Source of the DNA: a virus
Reading direction: 5' to 3' (one strand)
IMG/VR virus record: IMGVR_UViG_3300020205_002210
Coordinates: 57,250 to 121,249 of that record
DNA length: 64,000 nt
Part shown: positions 35,414 to 45,512 of the stretch, piece by piece
Numbering within the stretch: the first letter of the stretch is position 1
Layout of the letters: each line of letters opens with the position of its first letter
Notes under the pieces: generated by a model
Databases searched by the model: none
Told to the model about the DNA's origin: nothing
Seen by the model: the letters and a program-made list of their open reading frames with translations, nothing else
Made by a program: the position numbers and the translations under genes

Positions 35414-36055
35414 TTAAAGTTGTAACAGCATTTCAGCTTCAGGTATTCTGGTGCGAGTATTCTTACTCCCCAGAATCACCACAATTTTCTGTTTGTACAT
35501 CATTACGATGCAACCACCAGACATATTAATAAAACCCGTTTTACTTATAGTCAAATCATATTTGCCAACCAATGAGTTGGTGTTACCACTTAATGTCTGG
35601 CTAGATTTTACTATTTCTGGATATTGACTCGCAGCTTTTACTATTTCAATAAGTTCTTTTGCGGTACTGACATTGAACATGGACAGACCAGTTGGATCTA
35701 AAAATCTAGTATTTTTTAGCCCCATTAATTTAACTTTCCAGTTCATATCGTTTATACATCGACTCCTGCCACCAGGATAAGATTTGCATAGTAGGTCTGC
35801 TGAGGTGTTGTCTGATGATACAAGAGTTCGTTGGATCAGGTCCTGGTGACTTTTTGTTATTACATTTTTCTTTGCATCCAAAAAAGTCATCACGGTTATC
35901 AGTTTTGTGATGGAAGCTATAGATCGAATGGTAGACATATTCTCACCATCAATTATTTTACCTTCATCATACACTAACCAAGATTTTGCTGTAATGGTTG
36001 TAGCATAACAAGAAAATGCCAGCATCAAGCTGACGAAAGCCAATATTTTACGCAT
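35414..36055 (-). CDS. Secreted peptidase S11 (PBP7/DacA-like D-Ala-D-Ala peptidase)
   Basis: Signal peptide; SITK (SxxK), SDN (SxN), KTG motifs. Confidence 0.85.
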   Translation of the reverse strand: MRKILAFVSLMLAFSCYATTITAKSWLVYDEGKIIDGENMSTIRSIASITKLITVMTFLDAKKNVITKSHQDLIQRTLVSSDNTSADLLCKSYPGGRSRCINDMNWKVKLMGLKNTRFLDPTGLSMFNVSTAKELIEIVKAASQYPEIVKSSQTLSGNTNSLVGKYDLTISKTGFINMSGGCIVMMYKQKIVVILGSKNTRTRIPEAEMLLQL

Positions 36056-36080
36056 GTTTCTGATCCTGTAACCTAACACT

Positions 36081-36569
36081 TTACTTAGGTGCGTATTTAA
36101 TCAGAGTATTAATTATAAGTGTTACTGTGGGTACCATTGTTGCTATAGACGATATAAAAATCAATAGATTGTCTATTAAGCCTTGGTGTTTTTTTGCTTT
36201 GGCCTGAAGTTCTTTAGATTCTTGAGCGGCTCGTTCCTTGTACATGCGAACCCGTTCTTTCATCATTTCATCCCAAACATCTTTATTGCCAGACCAGATT
36301 AACATTTCTTTTAGGTCTTTTTCAGCTTCACGCAAAGCTTTACTTTGCATAGCAATCTGTAAAGATTTGGACCTAATTTGTCCATTTGTCATTCCTTTAA
36401 TTTCACCTAAACAATGAGCTGTGTGTATCTTGTCACTGTTCTCAAAGAATGATGCAAATTGTACATATAAACCTTTAATGTCCTTACCCATAGCGACAGC
36501 TTGTTTGATGCCACCTATGGCTCGTTGAGCTGTTAAGAAGGCTAGCTCTATGGATGCAGGATCGATCAT
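36081..36569 (-). CDS. Hypothetical protein with C-terminal TM helix
   Basis: Helical N-term, coiled coil, hydrophobic C-term LLIFISSIATMVPTVTLII. Confidence 0.7.
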   Translation of the reverse strand: MIDPASIELAFLTAQRAIGGIKQAVAMGKDIKGLYVQFASFFENSDKIHTAHCLGEIKGMTNGQIRSKSLQIAMQSKALREAEKDLKEMLIWSGNKDVWDEMMKERVRMYKERAAQESKELQAKAKKHQGLIDNLLIFISSIATMVPTVTLIINTLIKYAPK

Positions 36570-36718
36570 TTTTTAGTTTCTTTTTTCCACTCCAAACAAA
36601 CAACTTTTCGATCATATACATCACCGGTCCAAGACCACCTAACACACTTCATTTCTTCTGAGTAAGAATATGTTGTCAGCGCAATTAATATTAATGTTGC
36701 CGACAACACATACTTCAT
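36566..36718 (-). CDS. Small secreted protein (50 aa, 2 Cys)
   Basis: MKYVLSATLILIALTTYS signal then MKCVRWSWTGDVYDRKVVCLEW; ATGA overlaps on both sides. Confidence 0.6.
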   Translation of the reverse strand: MKYVLSATLILIALTTYSYSEEMKCVRWSWTGDVYDRKVVCLEWKKETKK

Positions 36719-37332
36719 TTTGAAAGAGGATTATCGAGAGCTTTTTGTAATTTTGTGTCCATGTCTTTATTGGTTTTATCCAATTTGATTTCTAAATCGC
36801 GTTTTACTTTATCCATATCCGAACGAACACGCTCAATATCATCTCTAGTTTTATCCATGCTTGCGCGAACATCTATACTAGTTTTGTCCAGGCTCGCACG
36901 AACATCTGTACGGATAGATTTCATTTCAGTTTCTGTTTCCCGTTGAGATGATTTTACTGAACGTTCTATTTGTTCCGCAACACCTTCAATTCTACGCACA
37001 TCACTTTTTAAATCGTTTTTGATATCTCTAGTATAATCTGTTGACTTCTGTGAATTTTCTTCAACAACGGCCAACCTCTTATCAAACACGGATAAGTCCG
37101 GTGCAACATATTCAGCAATACGTTTTTTCATGCCTTGGTAGTCTTTGTAGACTTCAAAAGCACCGTAGAGTCCGCCTAGTGTTGATGAAACTAATGTGAA
37201 TGCAACCATCAATTTAGCCGGAGTAAATTCATATCCACCAATACTGATGACTGTATCTTTACTAGCATATTTTTTTGCAGTTGCTTCTAGTTCGTCTATT
37301 TTTGCATTTACGTTTTTAATTTCTTCTGCCAT
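36715..37332 (-). CDS. Single-TM coiled-coil protein with 11-residue repeats
   Basis: TM LMVAFTLVSSTLGGLYGAF; repeats such as IRTDVRASLDK/TSIDVRASMDK. Confidence 0.75.
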   Translation of the reverse strand: MAEEIKNVNAKIDELEATAKKYASKDTVISIGGYEFTPAKLMVAFTLVSSTLGGLYGAFEVYKDYQGMKKRIAEYVAPDLSVFDKRLAVVEENSQKSTDYTRDIKNDLKSDVRRIEGVAEQIERSVKSSQRETETEMKSIRTDVRASLDKTSIDVRASMDKTRDDIERVRSDMDKVKRDLEIKLDKTNKDMDTKLQKALDNPLSK

Positions 37333-37333
37333 T

Positions 37334-39193
37334 TTATTTTCCTAAGTTGTATTGAGAATTAATCATTTCCTGATGTTTATTATCCGAACCACCAAACATT
37401 CTTGAAGTAACACGATTATCAACATTGACTTGATTGCCATAAACAGAATATGGTTTATATCCTATTGCGTCTTGTATAAATGTTTTTCCATAAGAGTCGA
37501 AACCGGGAGTAAATCCCATTGCTTGTATAACAAGATTCTGTACTTGCACTTGAGCTTCCATTGATGTGGCCTGACCCATCTCATTAGCTTGATTCATACC
37601 TTTTTCAACGGCAGCAGCTCTGGCTTGAGCTTGGCGTTTTTCAGCCAATGCTTGTCGATTTGTCACGGGTGCATCTTTTTTTGGACCATCACCTGACGAT
37701 TGTTGTGAATTACCTGTCGAAGCAACACTATCAGGTTTATCAGATTTGGCTTCGGCTTCCGGTTTACTATCAGCCTTTGGTTCTTCTTTTTTTGTTTCTT
37801 GTTGAGCCACGGCCATAGGTGCTGCCGGCGCAGGTGCCGGACTCAATTGAACCACCGCAGCCGGAGAATTGTTAGATGCGCTTGGTGGTGCAGCTGCAAT
37901 TGCTTTATCAACATTTGTATCACCTGTAGCGGAAACGGCAGTCGAAACACTACCGTCACTGCCAATAGTTGTGGTAGCAACATTTGTCGGTTGTATTGTG
38001 TTTGTTGGAGTTGGTCCGGAAGACACTGGTGCATTAATTATATTTTTCAAAGCATAGGCCGCAGCGTAACCAGTACACGTATTACTATAGAGTGGATCAA
38101 GAGAACATTGTTGATTCAAATAGGCTGCATCATAACCAGGACAATCTGTTGCATATAATGCACTGATACTGCATTGTTGAGCTTTATATGCTGCATTGTA
38201 TCCTGAACATGTGGTAGAATATAGTGGATTGAGTGAACACTGTTGATTCAAATATGCTGTTGCGTAACCAATACAATTCACATCATATAATGGATTAAGA
38301 GAACATTGTTGCGTAAAATAAGCTGTAGCATAACCGGTACAAGTATTCGAGTAAAGTGGATTAATTGAACATTGTTGTTGTGTGTATGCGGCTTCATATC
38401 CAGAACACGATGTTGAATACAACGGATTAGATGAACACTGTTGTATTAAATATGCAGCAGCATAACCAGGACAAGTTTGTGAATACAATGGATTCGATGT
38501 GCATGGATCAATAACAATATCCGGTGTTTGTCCCGTAGTCATCTGTGTTAATCCAGGAATAGTGTAGTTTTGATTCAGGCCACCCTGTTGTATTACTGCA
38601 AACTCACCTTTTGATGCATCACCTATAATGCCAATTGCCGGTGTGTTCATTGTTATCAATGCACCGGTCCAACGCATATCAATACCACCAGTACTATCAA
38701 TCTTCAATTCAAAACTAGTTTTATTTTGTGGTACACCAAGGCGTTCAACATTATACCATCCATATGTCATACTGTTGCCATCACCCAATGAATAATGTGA
38801 TCCAGGACCACCATACATGTCCGTTTGCATCATTAAGATACTGTGGTTATATGCTGATGGTGTGTTTCTATCGATAGTAATACCAGTACAACAGAATGTG
38901 TTATTTCCTGGATTCCTTGGCCCAAATTGCACAGTACCATTACTATACATTGTTGAATTAGTAAATGTTCTGTCAAAAAATGGGAAAGTGAATCCTAACG
39001 GCACATTTGCATATCCATCATCATACAATTGATATGCCGTTGATGCCGGATTATTATTGATAAATTGTAACGGCTGAGGATTAGCCATCACATTTAAGGA
39101 TAGAGGACTTCCTGGAATTGGAATAGTCACAACCTGTGCATATGTTACCGAATAACTCAGTAAACATCCTAACAAAAAACTAAAGAGTTTCAT
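37334..39193 (-). CDS. Secreted protein: NIDO-like N-domain, seven 22-aa Cys repeats, Pro/Ala linker, helical C-term
   Basis: Signal peptide; VPLGFTFPFFD.TFTN..MYSNG; (QQ)CS.NPLY...C.GY..AY x7. Confidence 0.75.
   Translation of the reverse strand: MKLFSFLLGCLLSYSVTYAQVVTIPIPGSPLSLNVMANPQPLQFINNNPASTAYQLYDDGYANVPLGFTFPFFDRTFTNSTMYSNGTVQFGPRNPGNNTFCCTGITIDRNTPSAYNHSILMMQTDMYGGPGSHYSLGDGNSMTYGWYNVERLGVPQNKTSFELKIDSTGGIDMRWTGALITMNTPAIGIIGDASKGEFAVIQQGGLNQNYTIPGLTQMTTGQTPDIVIDPCTSNPLYSQTCPGYAAAYLIQQCSSNPLYSTSCSGYEAAYTQQQCSINPLYSNTCTGYATAYFTQQCSLNPLYDVNCIGYATAYLNQQCSLNPLYSTTCSGYNAAYKAQQCSISALYATDCPGYDAAYLNQQCSLDPLYSNTCTGYAAAYALKNIINAPVSSGPTPTNTIQPTNVATTTIGSDGSVSTAVSATGDTNVDKAIAAAPPSASNNSPAAVVQLSPAPAPAAPMAVAQQETKKEEPKADSKPEAEAKSDKPDSVASTGNSQQSSGDGPKKDAPVTNRQALAEKRQAQARAAAVEKGMNQANEMGQATSMEAQVQVQNLVIQAMGFTPGFDSYGKTFIQDAIGYKPYSVYGNQVNVDNRVTSRMFGGSDNKHQEMINSQYNLGK
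38054..38503 (-). repeat. Seven tandem 66-nt coding repeats
   Basis: C..NPLY...C.GY..AY....; 150 aa span. Confidence 0.9.
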
Positions 39194-39666
39194 TACTCTA
39201 AACTTTTAACTTTTTGTGGTATACGTCCTGGTTGTAGGTCCCAAATTTCTTTGGCGGCCGCTCCAATTTTTCCATCAACGGGACATGGAGTTCCCGCATT
39301 CATCATAGCGGTAAACACACGCTCGTCTTGGCACATAGTAGATACTGCGGCAACTTTCATGCCCATATCATATAAAGCACGGCTTAATTTTAACCGTTCA
39401 CAATTTTTATCCGTCATAGTACCTCCAAAGGAGAGACCTAATATTTGTGTTTGAGCAGCACCGGAATATCCAACCGCACATATATCACTGTTTATTACTG
39501 TGATTGCTGGTGCAACGGCTGTAGGTGGTGGAGAATTTACCGTGGTTTTACTGGTAGATGTAGAATCGGTAGTAGATTTACTTGTCGAGTCAGTTACGAT
39601 TGGTTCCGCAATCGTTGATGATGTAAACATAACAAAAAGAACCACTGTGGTTAACTTTTTGAACAT
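39193..39666 (-). CDS. Secreted Cys-containing hypothetical protein
   Basis: Signal peptide, Ser/Thr linker, DICAVG...NCERLKLSR...MCQD...GTPCP. Confidence 0.75.
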   Translation of the reverse strand: MFKKLTTVVLFVMFTSSTIAEPIVTDSTSKSTTDSTSTSKTTVNSPPPTAVAPAITVINSDICAVGYSGAAQTQILGLSFGGTMTDKNCERLKLSRALYDMGMKVAAVSTMCQDERVFTAMMNAGTPCPVDGKIGAAAKEIWDLQPGRIPQKVKSLE

Positions 39667-39704
39667 TCTTTTCCCTTATTGTTGTGGTAGATATATTTTT
39701 CTGG

Positions 39705-39733
39705 TTGACTTTTCACTGAGAATGATATATAAT
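39705..39733 (+). promoter_or_regulatory. Sigma70-type promoter for the DNA polymerase operon
   Basis: TTGACT-17nt-TATAAT. Confidence 0.75.
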
Positions 39734-39797
39734 TACAACTCTATTTCTATTTATGCGGTTAGAGCCCGCCGAACTCATCAAAAAAAGGTATCACAAC

Positions 39798-40112
39798 ATG
39801 AATATTTGTGTATTTAAATTAGTCACCGGAGAAGAGGTTCTAGGTGAAGTTACAGAAAACCAGTCACAATCAGTTGTTGTGGTAAAAAATCCAGTCGGCA
39901 TTGCTGTAGTGCGTGGTAAAGATGGTACGCCAAATGTTGGTTTTGCACCATTTCCCATCCATGCTGAACAAAAAACCGATGCAGAATTTAAATTTCTACG
40001 AACACACATTGTATATGAATACGTTCCAGCCGAAGACTTTATCACAAACTACAAACAAATTTTTGGATCAGGTATTATCCTACCTAAACAACCAAGTATC
40101 ATTACAGGTTAA
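39798..40112 (+). CDS. Conserved T4-like Sm-like hypothetical protein
   Basis: VFKLVTGEEVLGEV...KNPV...GFAPF. Confidence 0.7.
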   Translation: MNICVFKLVTGEEVLGEVTENQSQSVVVVKNPVGIAVVRGKDGTPNVGFAPFPIHAEQKTDAEFKFLRTHIVYEYVPAEDFITNYKQIFGSGIILPKQPSIITG

Positions 40113-42706
40113 TGTCTAATTTTTACACAAATGTTCAATCCCTCGGTGGTAGAATTCTCTACCGAGGTGTCAAAGATGGCAAAAAAATCAAACTTAGAGT
40201 TGATTATAGTCCATCACTGTATCTTCCTGTTCGTAAAGAAAAACAGATTGCGAAAGAAAATAGTAGACAATACAAATCCCTAGACGGTATCAACCTCTTC
40301 AAAAAGAAGTTTGATAGCATAAACGAAGCTCGAGAATATGTCAAACAATATAGTGATGTTCCGGGTACGGACAAAATCTATGGCCAAACTCGATACGAAT
40401 ACGCATTCATTGCCGATCAACATACCGAAATGGTTGACTGGGATATCGATAAGATTTCCGTTGCTTACATCGACATTGAGGTTGGATCTGAAAATGGTTT
40501 CCCTGATCCTTATCTAGCCAATGAACCTATCACAGCCATATGTATACAATATTCCGATGGTAAAACTTGGGTATTTGCTTGTGGTGATTATGACAAAGAA
40601 ATTGACAAAGAGAATGATGTATCTGATGTTAATTATGTTAAGTGTAAAGATGAATGGACTCTTTGTAAGAAATTCATTACACTATGGGCTGAAAAGTGTC
40701 CAGATGTTATCACTGGCTGGAACACCAAGTTCTTTGATATACCATACATTGTAAACAGGTTTCGTAAACTCCTTGGTGAAGATGAAACTAAAAAATTATC
40801 TCCTTGGAATTATATTTCTGAACGCAAAACAAATATTAATGGCCGTCAACTGATCGCTTATAGTTTTGTTGGTGTAGAATCTCTCGACTATATTGAATTG
40901 TACAAGTGGTATGCACCTGGTGGTAAGTCACAAGAGTCCTATCGTTTGGACAATATTGCTCAGGTTGAACTTGGTGAAGGTAAGATTTCTTATGATGAGT
41001 ATGACAACCTTCATGCACTGTATCGTTTGAATCACCAGAAGTTTATTGAATACAATATCAAAGACGTTCGCCTTGTGCAAAAGATGGAAGATAAGTTGAA
41101 GTTGGTTGAACTGGCTCTAACTCTTGCATATGATACTAAGTGTAATTACGAAGATGTGTTTGCACAAACTCGTATGTGGGATTCGATGACATATTCCTAT
41201 CTGTTGAACAAAGACATTATTGTGCCTCCACGCGAGACACAGGATAAAGACTCTGCGTTTGAAGGTGCGTATGTTAAAGAGGTGCAAGTAGGTTTACACA
41301 ATTGGGTTGCATCATTTGACTTGAATAGTTTGTATCCACATTTGATGATGCAATATAACATTTCACCAGAAACAATTATTGATCCGGTGAATTACACTCA
41401 AGAGATGCGTGACATTCTTTCTCAAGGTGTTTCTGTCGATAAACTCTTGAAAAGACAAATTGACATTTCAAGTTTGGAAAATGCCACAATCACTCCCAAC
41501 GGACAATTCTTTCGAACTGACAAACAAGGTTTCTTACCAGAAATGATGGAAGAAATGTATCAGGATCGTAAAAAATTCAAAAACCTGATGTTGAAATCCC
41601 AACAGGAGTATGAAGATGAAAAAGATGATTCTAAAAAATATGAAATTGAAAAACTTATTGCCAGATACAACAACCTACAGCTGGCTAAAAAGGTATCACT
41701 TAATAGTGCTTACGGTGCTTTGGGTTCTCAGTATTTCCGGTTTTATGATTTGCGTATGGCCTTGGGTGTCACCACTGCTGGGCAATTAAGTATTCGTTGG
41801 ATTGAGGCCAAGATTAACCAGTATATGAATAAGATTGTGCAGACAGAAGATGTTGATTATGTTATTGCATCCGACACAGACTCAATCTATCTGAGACTCG
41901 GTGAGTTGGTTAACAAGGTTTACGGTGTCGATGGTGTTGTTAAGATGCCTGGACAAAAAGTTATCAGTTTCATGGATAGAGTATGTGAAGATAAACTGCA
42001 ACCATTTATTGACAAGTCATACGAAGAACTTGCCATATATGTACATGCATATCAACAGAAGATGCAGATGAAGCGTGAAGGTCTATCAGATAAGGGTGTC
42101 TGGACTGCCAAGAAACGATATATCTTGAATGTGTATAACAATGAAGGTGTACAATACTCAGAACCGCACATGAAGGTGATGGGTCTGGAAATGATTAAAT
42201 CTTCCACACCATCGGCTATCCGTGAGAAGATGCGTTTGGCTATTAAGTTGATGATGAATGGTACTGAAGATGATGTACAGAAGTTTATTGCAGATTTCAG
42301 GCAAGAGTTTAAGAAGTTGCCGCCGGAAGAAATCTCTTTTCCTCGGGGATTAAATGGTTTACGCACATATTCTGATCCGGTAATGTTGTATAAAAAAGGT
42401 ACACCAATCCATGTGCGAGGTGCCATTTTGTACAATCACAATCTGACACTACTAGGTTTGACTAAGAAGTACCAACTTATACAAGAGGGTGAGAAGTTAA
42501 AGTTCACCTATCTAAAAGTACCAAACCATTTCAAAGAAGATGTGATTTCTTTCCCATCTCGGATACCAAAAGAGTTTGGGCTTGACAACTACATTGATTA
42601 TGATTTACAATTCGATAAGGCATTTCTGGAACCAATCAGTGTTATTTTGAGAAGTATGAATTGGTCGGCAGAAAAAACAAGTTCACTGGATGATTTCTTT
42701 GGTTGA
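40112..42706 (+). CDS. gp43: Family B DNA polymerase
   Basis: DIEV exonuclease, FDLNSLYP, KVSLNSAYG, SDTDS. Confidence 0.98.
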   Translation: MSNFYTNVQSLGGRILYRGVKDGKKIKLRVDYSPSLYLPVRKEKQIAKENSRQYKSLDGINLFKKKFDSINEAREYVKQYSDVPGTDKIYGQTRYEYAFIADQHTEMVDWDIDKISVAYIDIEVGSENGFPDPYLANEPITAICIQYSDGKTWVFACGDYDKEIDKENDVSDVNYVKCKDEWTLCKKFITLWAEKCPDVITGWNTKFFDIPYIVNRFRKLLGEDETKKLSPWNYISERKTNINGRQLIAYSFVGVESLDYIELYKWYAPGGKSQESYRLDNIAQVELGEGKISYDEYDNLHALYRLNHQKFIEYNIKDVRLVQKMEDKLKLVELALTLAYDTKCNYEDVFAQTRMWDSMTYSYLLNKDIIVPPRETQDKDSAFEGAYVKEVQVGLHNWVASFDLNSLYPHLMMQYNISPETIIDPVNYTQEMRDILSQGVSVDKLLKRQIDISSLENATITPNGQFFRTDKQGFLPEMMEEMYQDRKKFKNLMLKSQQEYEDEKDDSKKYEIEKLIARYNNLQLAKKVSLNSAYGALGSQYFRFYDLRMALGVTTAGQLSIRWIEAKINQYMNKIVQTEDVDYVIASDTDSIYLRLGELVNKVYGVDGVVKMPGQKVISFMDRVCEDKLQPFIDKSYEELAIYVHAYQQKMQMKREGLSDKGVWTAKKRYILNVYNNEGVQYSEPHMKVMGLEMIKSSTPSAIREKMRLAIKLMMNGTEDDVQKFIADFRQEFKKLPPEEISFPRGLNGLRTYSDPVMLYKKGTPIHVRGAILYNHNLTLLGLTKKYQLIQEGEKLKFTYLKVPNHFKEDVISFPSRIPKEFGLDNYIDYDLQFDKAFLEPISVILRSMNWSAEKTSSLDDFFG

Positions 42707-42730
42707 CAAAAAAAAGAACCTAAGTATAAT
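42703..42730 (+). promoter_or_regulatory. Sigma70-type promoter for uvsX
   Basis: TTGACA-16nt-TATAAT. Confidence 0.65.
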
Positions 42731-42768
42731 TGTAGTGATTAATATATGTTCGTGAAAAGGTAAAACAA

Positions 42769-43839
42769 ATGAGTATTCTTGACAAAATCAAAAAAAACAG
42801 CAGCATCAAAGATTCTGCTATCTTATCCAAATCAAAGTTCTTTAATGCAAAAGACATGATTTCAACTGCTGTGCCGATCATCAATGTGGCACTCTCTGGT
42901 AAATTGGATGGTGGATTAACTCCAGGCCTTACAATGTGGGCTGGTCCATCCAAACACTTTAAAACTGCATTCTCATTGTTGATGGCAAAATCTTATCTGG
43001 ACAAATATCCAGATGCAGCATTGTTATTCTATGATTCTGAGTTTGGTACACCACAGAGTTACTTTGATTCTTTTGGTATTGACACCAATAGAGTTCTACA
43101 CACACCATTGACTGACATTGAACAATTAAAGTTTGATGTGATGGCGCAATTAACACAATTGGAACGCGGTGAACATTTGATTATCGTAATCGATTCGATT
43201 GGTAATTTGGCATCAAAGAAAGAAGTTGATGATGCTTTGGATGGAAAGTCTGTTGCTGATATGTCACGCGCAAAACAAGTCAAATCACTGTTCCGTATGA
43301 TTACTCCACACCTGTCACTCAAAGACATTCCAATGGTTGTCGTTAATCACACATACAAAGAAATTGGTTTGTATCCGAAAGATATTGTTGGTGGTGGCAC
43401 CGGTTCTTACTATTCAGCTGATAACATTTTCATCATTGGTCGCCAGCAAGAAAAGGAAGGCACCGAAGTTATTGGTTACAATTTTATTATCAATGTAGAG
43501 AAATCCCGATATGTTAAAGAAAAATCTAAAATACCTGTTTCTGTATCTTACGATGGTGGCATTAGTACTTGGTCTGGTCTACTCGACCTTGCGATTGAAT
43601 CCAAGCATGTGGTTAAACCAAGCAATGGTTGGTACTCTCAAGTAAATGTGGAAACTGGTGAAGTCGAAGACAAGAAGTACAGAGAAAAAGATACCGATAC
43701 AAAAGAATTCTGGATGCCGATTTTGAAACAAAAATCTTTCCGTGATTTCATTGAAGACAAGTACACCGTTTCTTCTGGTAGTATCATGGAATCGGACATC
43801 GATCAGACTTTTGATGTTGCAACGATGACTGGAGAGTAA
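42769..43839 (+). CDS. uvsX: RecA-like recombinase UvsX
   Basis: AGPSKHFKT, FYDSEFG, IDSIGNLASKKE. Confidence 0.97.
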   Translation: MSILDKIKKNSSIKDSAILSKSKFFNAKDMISTAVPIINVALSGKLDGGLTPGLTMWAGPSKHFKTAFSLLMAKSYLDKYPDAALLFYDSEFGTPQSYFDSFGIDTNRVLHTPLTDIEQLKFDVMAQLTQLERGEHLIIVIDSIGNLASKKEVDDALDGKSVADMSRAKQVKSLFRMITPHLSLKDIPMVVVNHTYKEIGLYPKDIVGGGTGSYYSADNIFIIGRQQEKEGTEVIGYNFIINVEKSRYVKEKSKIPVSVSYDGGISTWSGLLDLAIESKHVVKPSNGWYSQVNVETGEVEDKKYREKDTDTKEFWMPILKQKSFRDFIEDKYTVSSGSIMESDIDQTFDVATMTGE

Positions 43840-43840
43840 T

Positions 43841-44161
43841 ATGGATGAGGGTGTTGATTATTGTTTCATCTATCCTAAAGATGATAAGACTACGGTAAAC
43901 ATTAAACTTCTACAAGGACCATACAAAGATACCATATTCAAATATGGCAAAGTAAAATTCAAAGAAGAAAGTGACCAGGTCTATTTACTTTTTGCTTATG
44001 ATGTGTTAGAATCTAATGTTGGTAAGCCATCAAAACTTGAAAAAGATGATGACTTTAAGAATTACATCGGCGACCTATTGGTGGAGTTAATGTCTTCCAA
44101 TATTGAACAGGAAATTATTGATGAAGCTGGAACAAACAATTTTAAAGAATCTGATTTATGA
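43841..44161 (+). CDS. Hypothetical protein at the T4 gp40 position
   Basis: Synteny uvsX-X-gp41 only. Confidence 0.55.
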   Translation: MDEGVDYCFIYPKDDKTTVNIKLLQGPYKDTIFKYGKVKFKEESDQVYLLFAYDVLESNVGKPSKLEKDDDFKNYIGDLLVELMSSNIEQEIIDEAGTNNFKESDL

Positions 44162-45512
44162 TGAAGAGTACCTGCGAAAGGTACTTCCATTTTTAAAGCC
44201 AGATTATTTTACGGATAAAGTTGATAGAACGATTTATAATGAGATCGCTGCTTTCACAGACAAATACAATTCATCACCAACAATTGAAGCACTAAAACTA
44301 GCCGTCAAAGAAAAACGAACACTCTCAGAAGATGAAGTTGAAGGTTGTGATGCATCTCTCAAAGATATCGAACAGTCTAAAAACGAATTATCTAAAATTG
44401 AATGGCTCGTAGATAAAACAGAACAGTTCTGTCAGGAAAAAGCAATATATAATGCTGTGTTAGGTTCAATTTCAATCCTTGACGGCAAAGATAAAGTCAA
44501 TGATAAGGGTTCTATCCCAAAAATCCTATCTGATGCATTGGCAATCAGTTTTGACAATTCAGTAGGTCACGATTATTTGGAGAACACGGATGAACGATAT
44601 GAATTCTACCACAGAAAAGAAGAACGAATCCCTTTTGATTTGGATTTCTTTAACAAGATTACAAAAGGTGGTCTACCTACTAAAACGCTTAATATCGCTC
44701 TTGCCGGAACTGGCGTTGGAAAAAGTCTATTCATGTGTCATGTGGCTGCAGGTGCAATGGTGCAAGGCCGTAATGTACTGTACATCACTATGGAAATGGC
44801 TGAAGAACGGATTGCGGAAAGGATAGATGCAAATCTATTGAATGTTACTGTTGACGATCTTGTCAATTTATCTAAAGATATGTATGACAAAAAACTCACG
44901 AAACTGCGTGAGAAGACCGTTGGTAAACTTATTATCAAAGAATACCCAACGGCCTCAGCTAGTGCTACACATTTTAGGACATTATTGAATGAACTCAATC
45001 TTAAAAAATCTTTTGTTCCTGATATCATTTTTATTGATTACCTTAACATTTGTTGTAGTTCTAGGGTTAAGGCTGGAGCAAATGTCAACAGCTACACCTA
45101 TGTCAAATCAATTGCCGAAGAATTGCGAGGTCTTGCTGTTGAATTCGGAGTACCAATTGTTTCTGCTACACAAACAACTCGGGGAGGTTTCTCAAGTTCA
45201 GACCCCGGACTCGAAGACACTAGTGAGTCTTTTGGTTTGCCAGCAACAGCAGACTTGATGTTTGCTCTCATTTCATCAGAAGAGTTGGAAGAAATGGGAC
45301 AGATCATGGTGAAACAATTGAAGAATCGATATAATGATCCAACATATTACAAACGATTCACCCTCGGCATTGACAGGTCGAAAATGAGATTGTATGATGT
45401 GGAACAATCAGCACAAAATGATATTACCGATTCAGGCAAAGACAAACCACTAAACACATTTGGTGACCGTGAAAAGTCACAGAAGAAAAGTTTTTCAGGA
45501 TTTAAAGTATGA
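44121..45512 (+). CDS. gp41: Replicative DNA helicase
   Basis: AGTGVGKS, YITMEMAEE, FIDYLN, SATQTTR, QLKNRY. Confidence 0.97.
   Translation: MKLEQTILKNLIYDEEYLRKVLPFLKPDYFTDKVDRTIYNEIAAFTDKYNSSPTIEALKLAVKEKRTLSEDEVEGCDASLKDIEQSKNELSKIEWLVDKTEQFCQEKAIYNAVLGSISILDGKDKVNDKGSIPKILSDALAISFDNSVGHDYLENTDERYEFYHRKEERIPFDLDFFNKITKGGLPTKTLNIALAGTGVGKSLFMCHVAAGAMVQGRNVLYITMEMAEERIAERIDANLLNVTVDDLVNLSKDMYDKKLTKLREKTVGKLIIKEYPTASASATHFRTLLNELNLKKSFVPDIIFIDYLNICCSSRVKAGANVNSYTYVKSIAEELRGLAVEFGVPIVSATQTTRGGFSSSDPGLEDTSESFGLPATADLMFALISSEELEEMGQIMVKQLKNRYNDPTYYKRFTLGIDRSKMRLYDVEQSAQNDITDSGKDKPLNTFGDREKSQKKSFSGFKV

Noticed and set aside
39756-39790. Small GCGG/CCGC hairpin in the polymerase-operon leader
   Set aside because: Only 4 bp; too weak to claim a gp43-type autoregulatory operator without homologs
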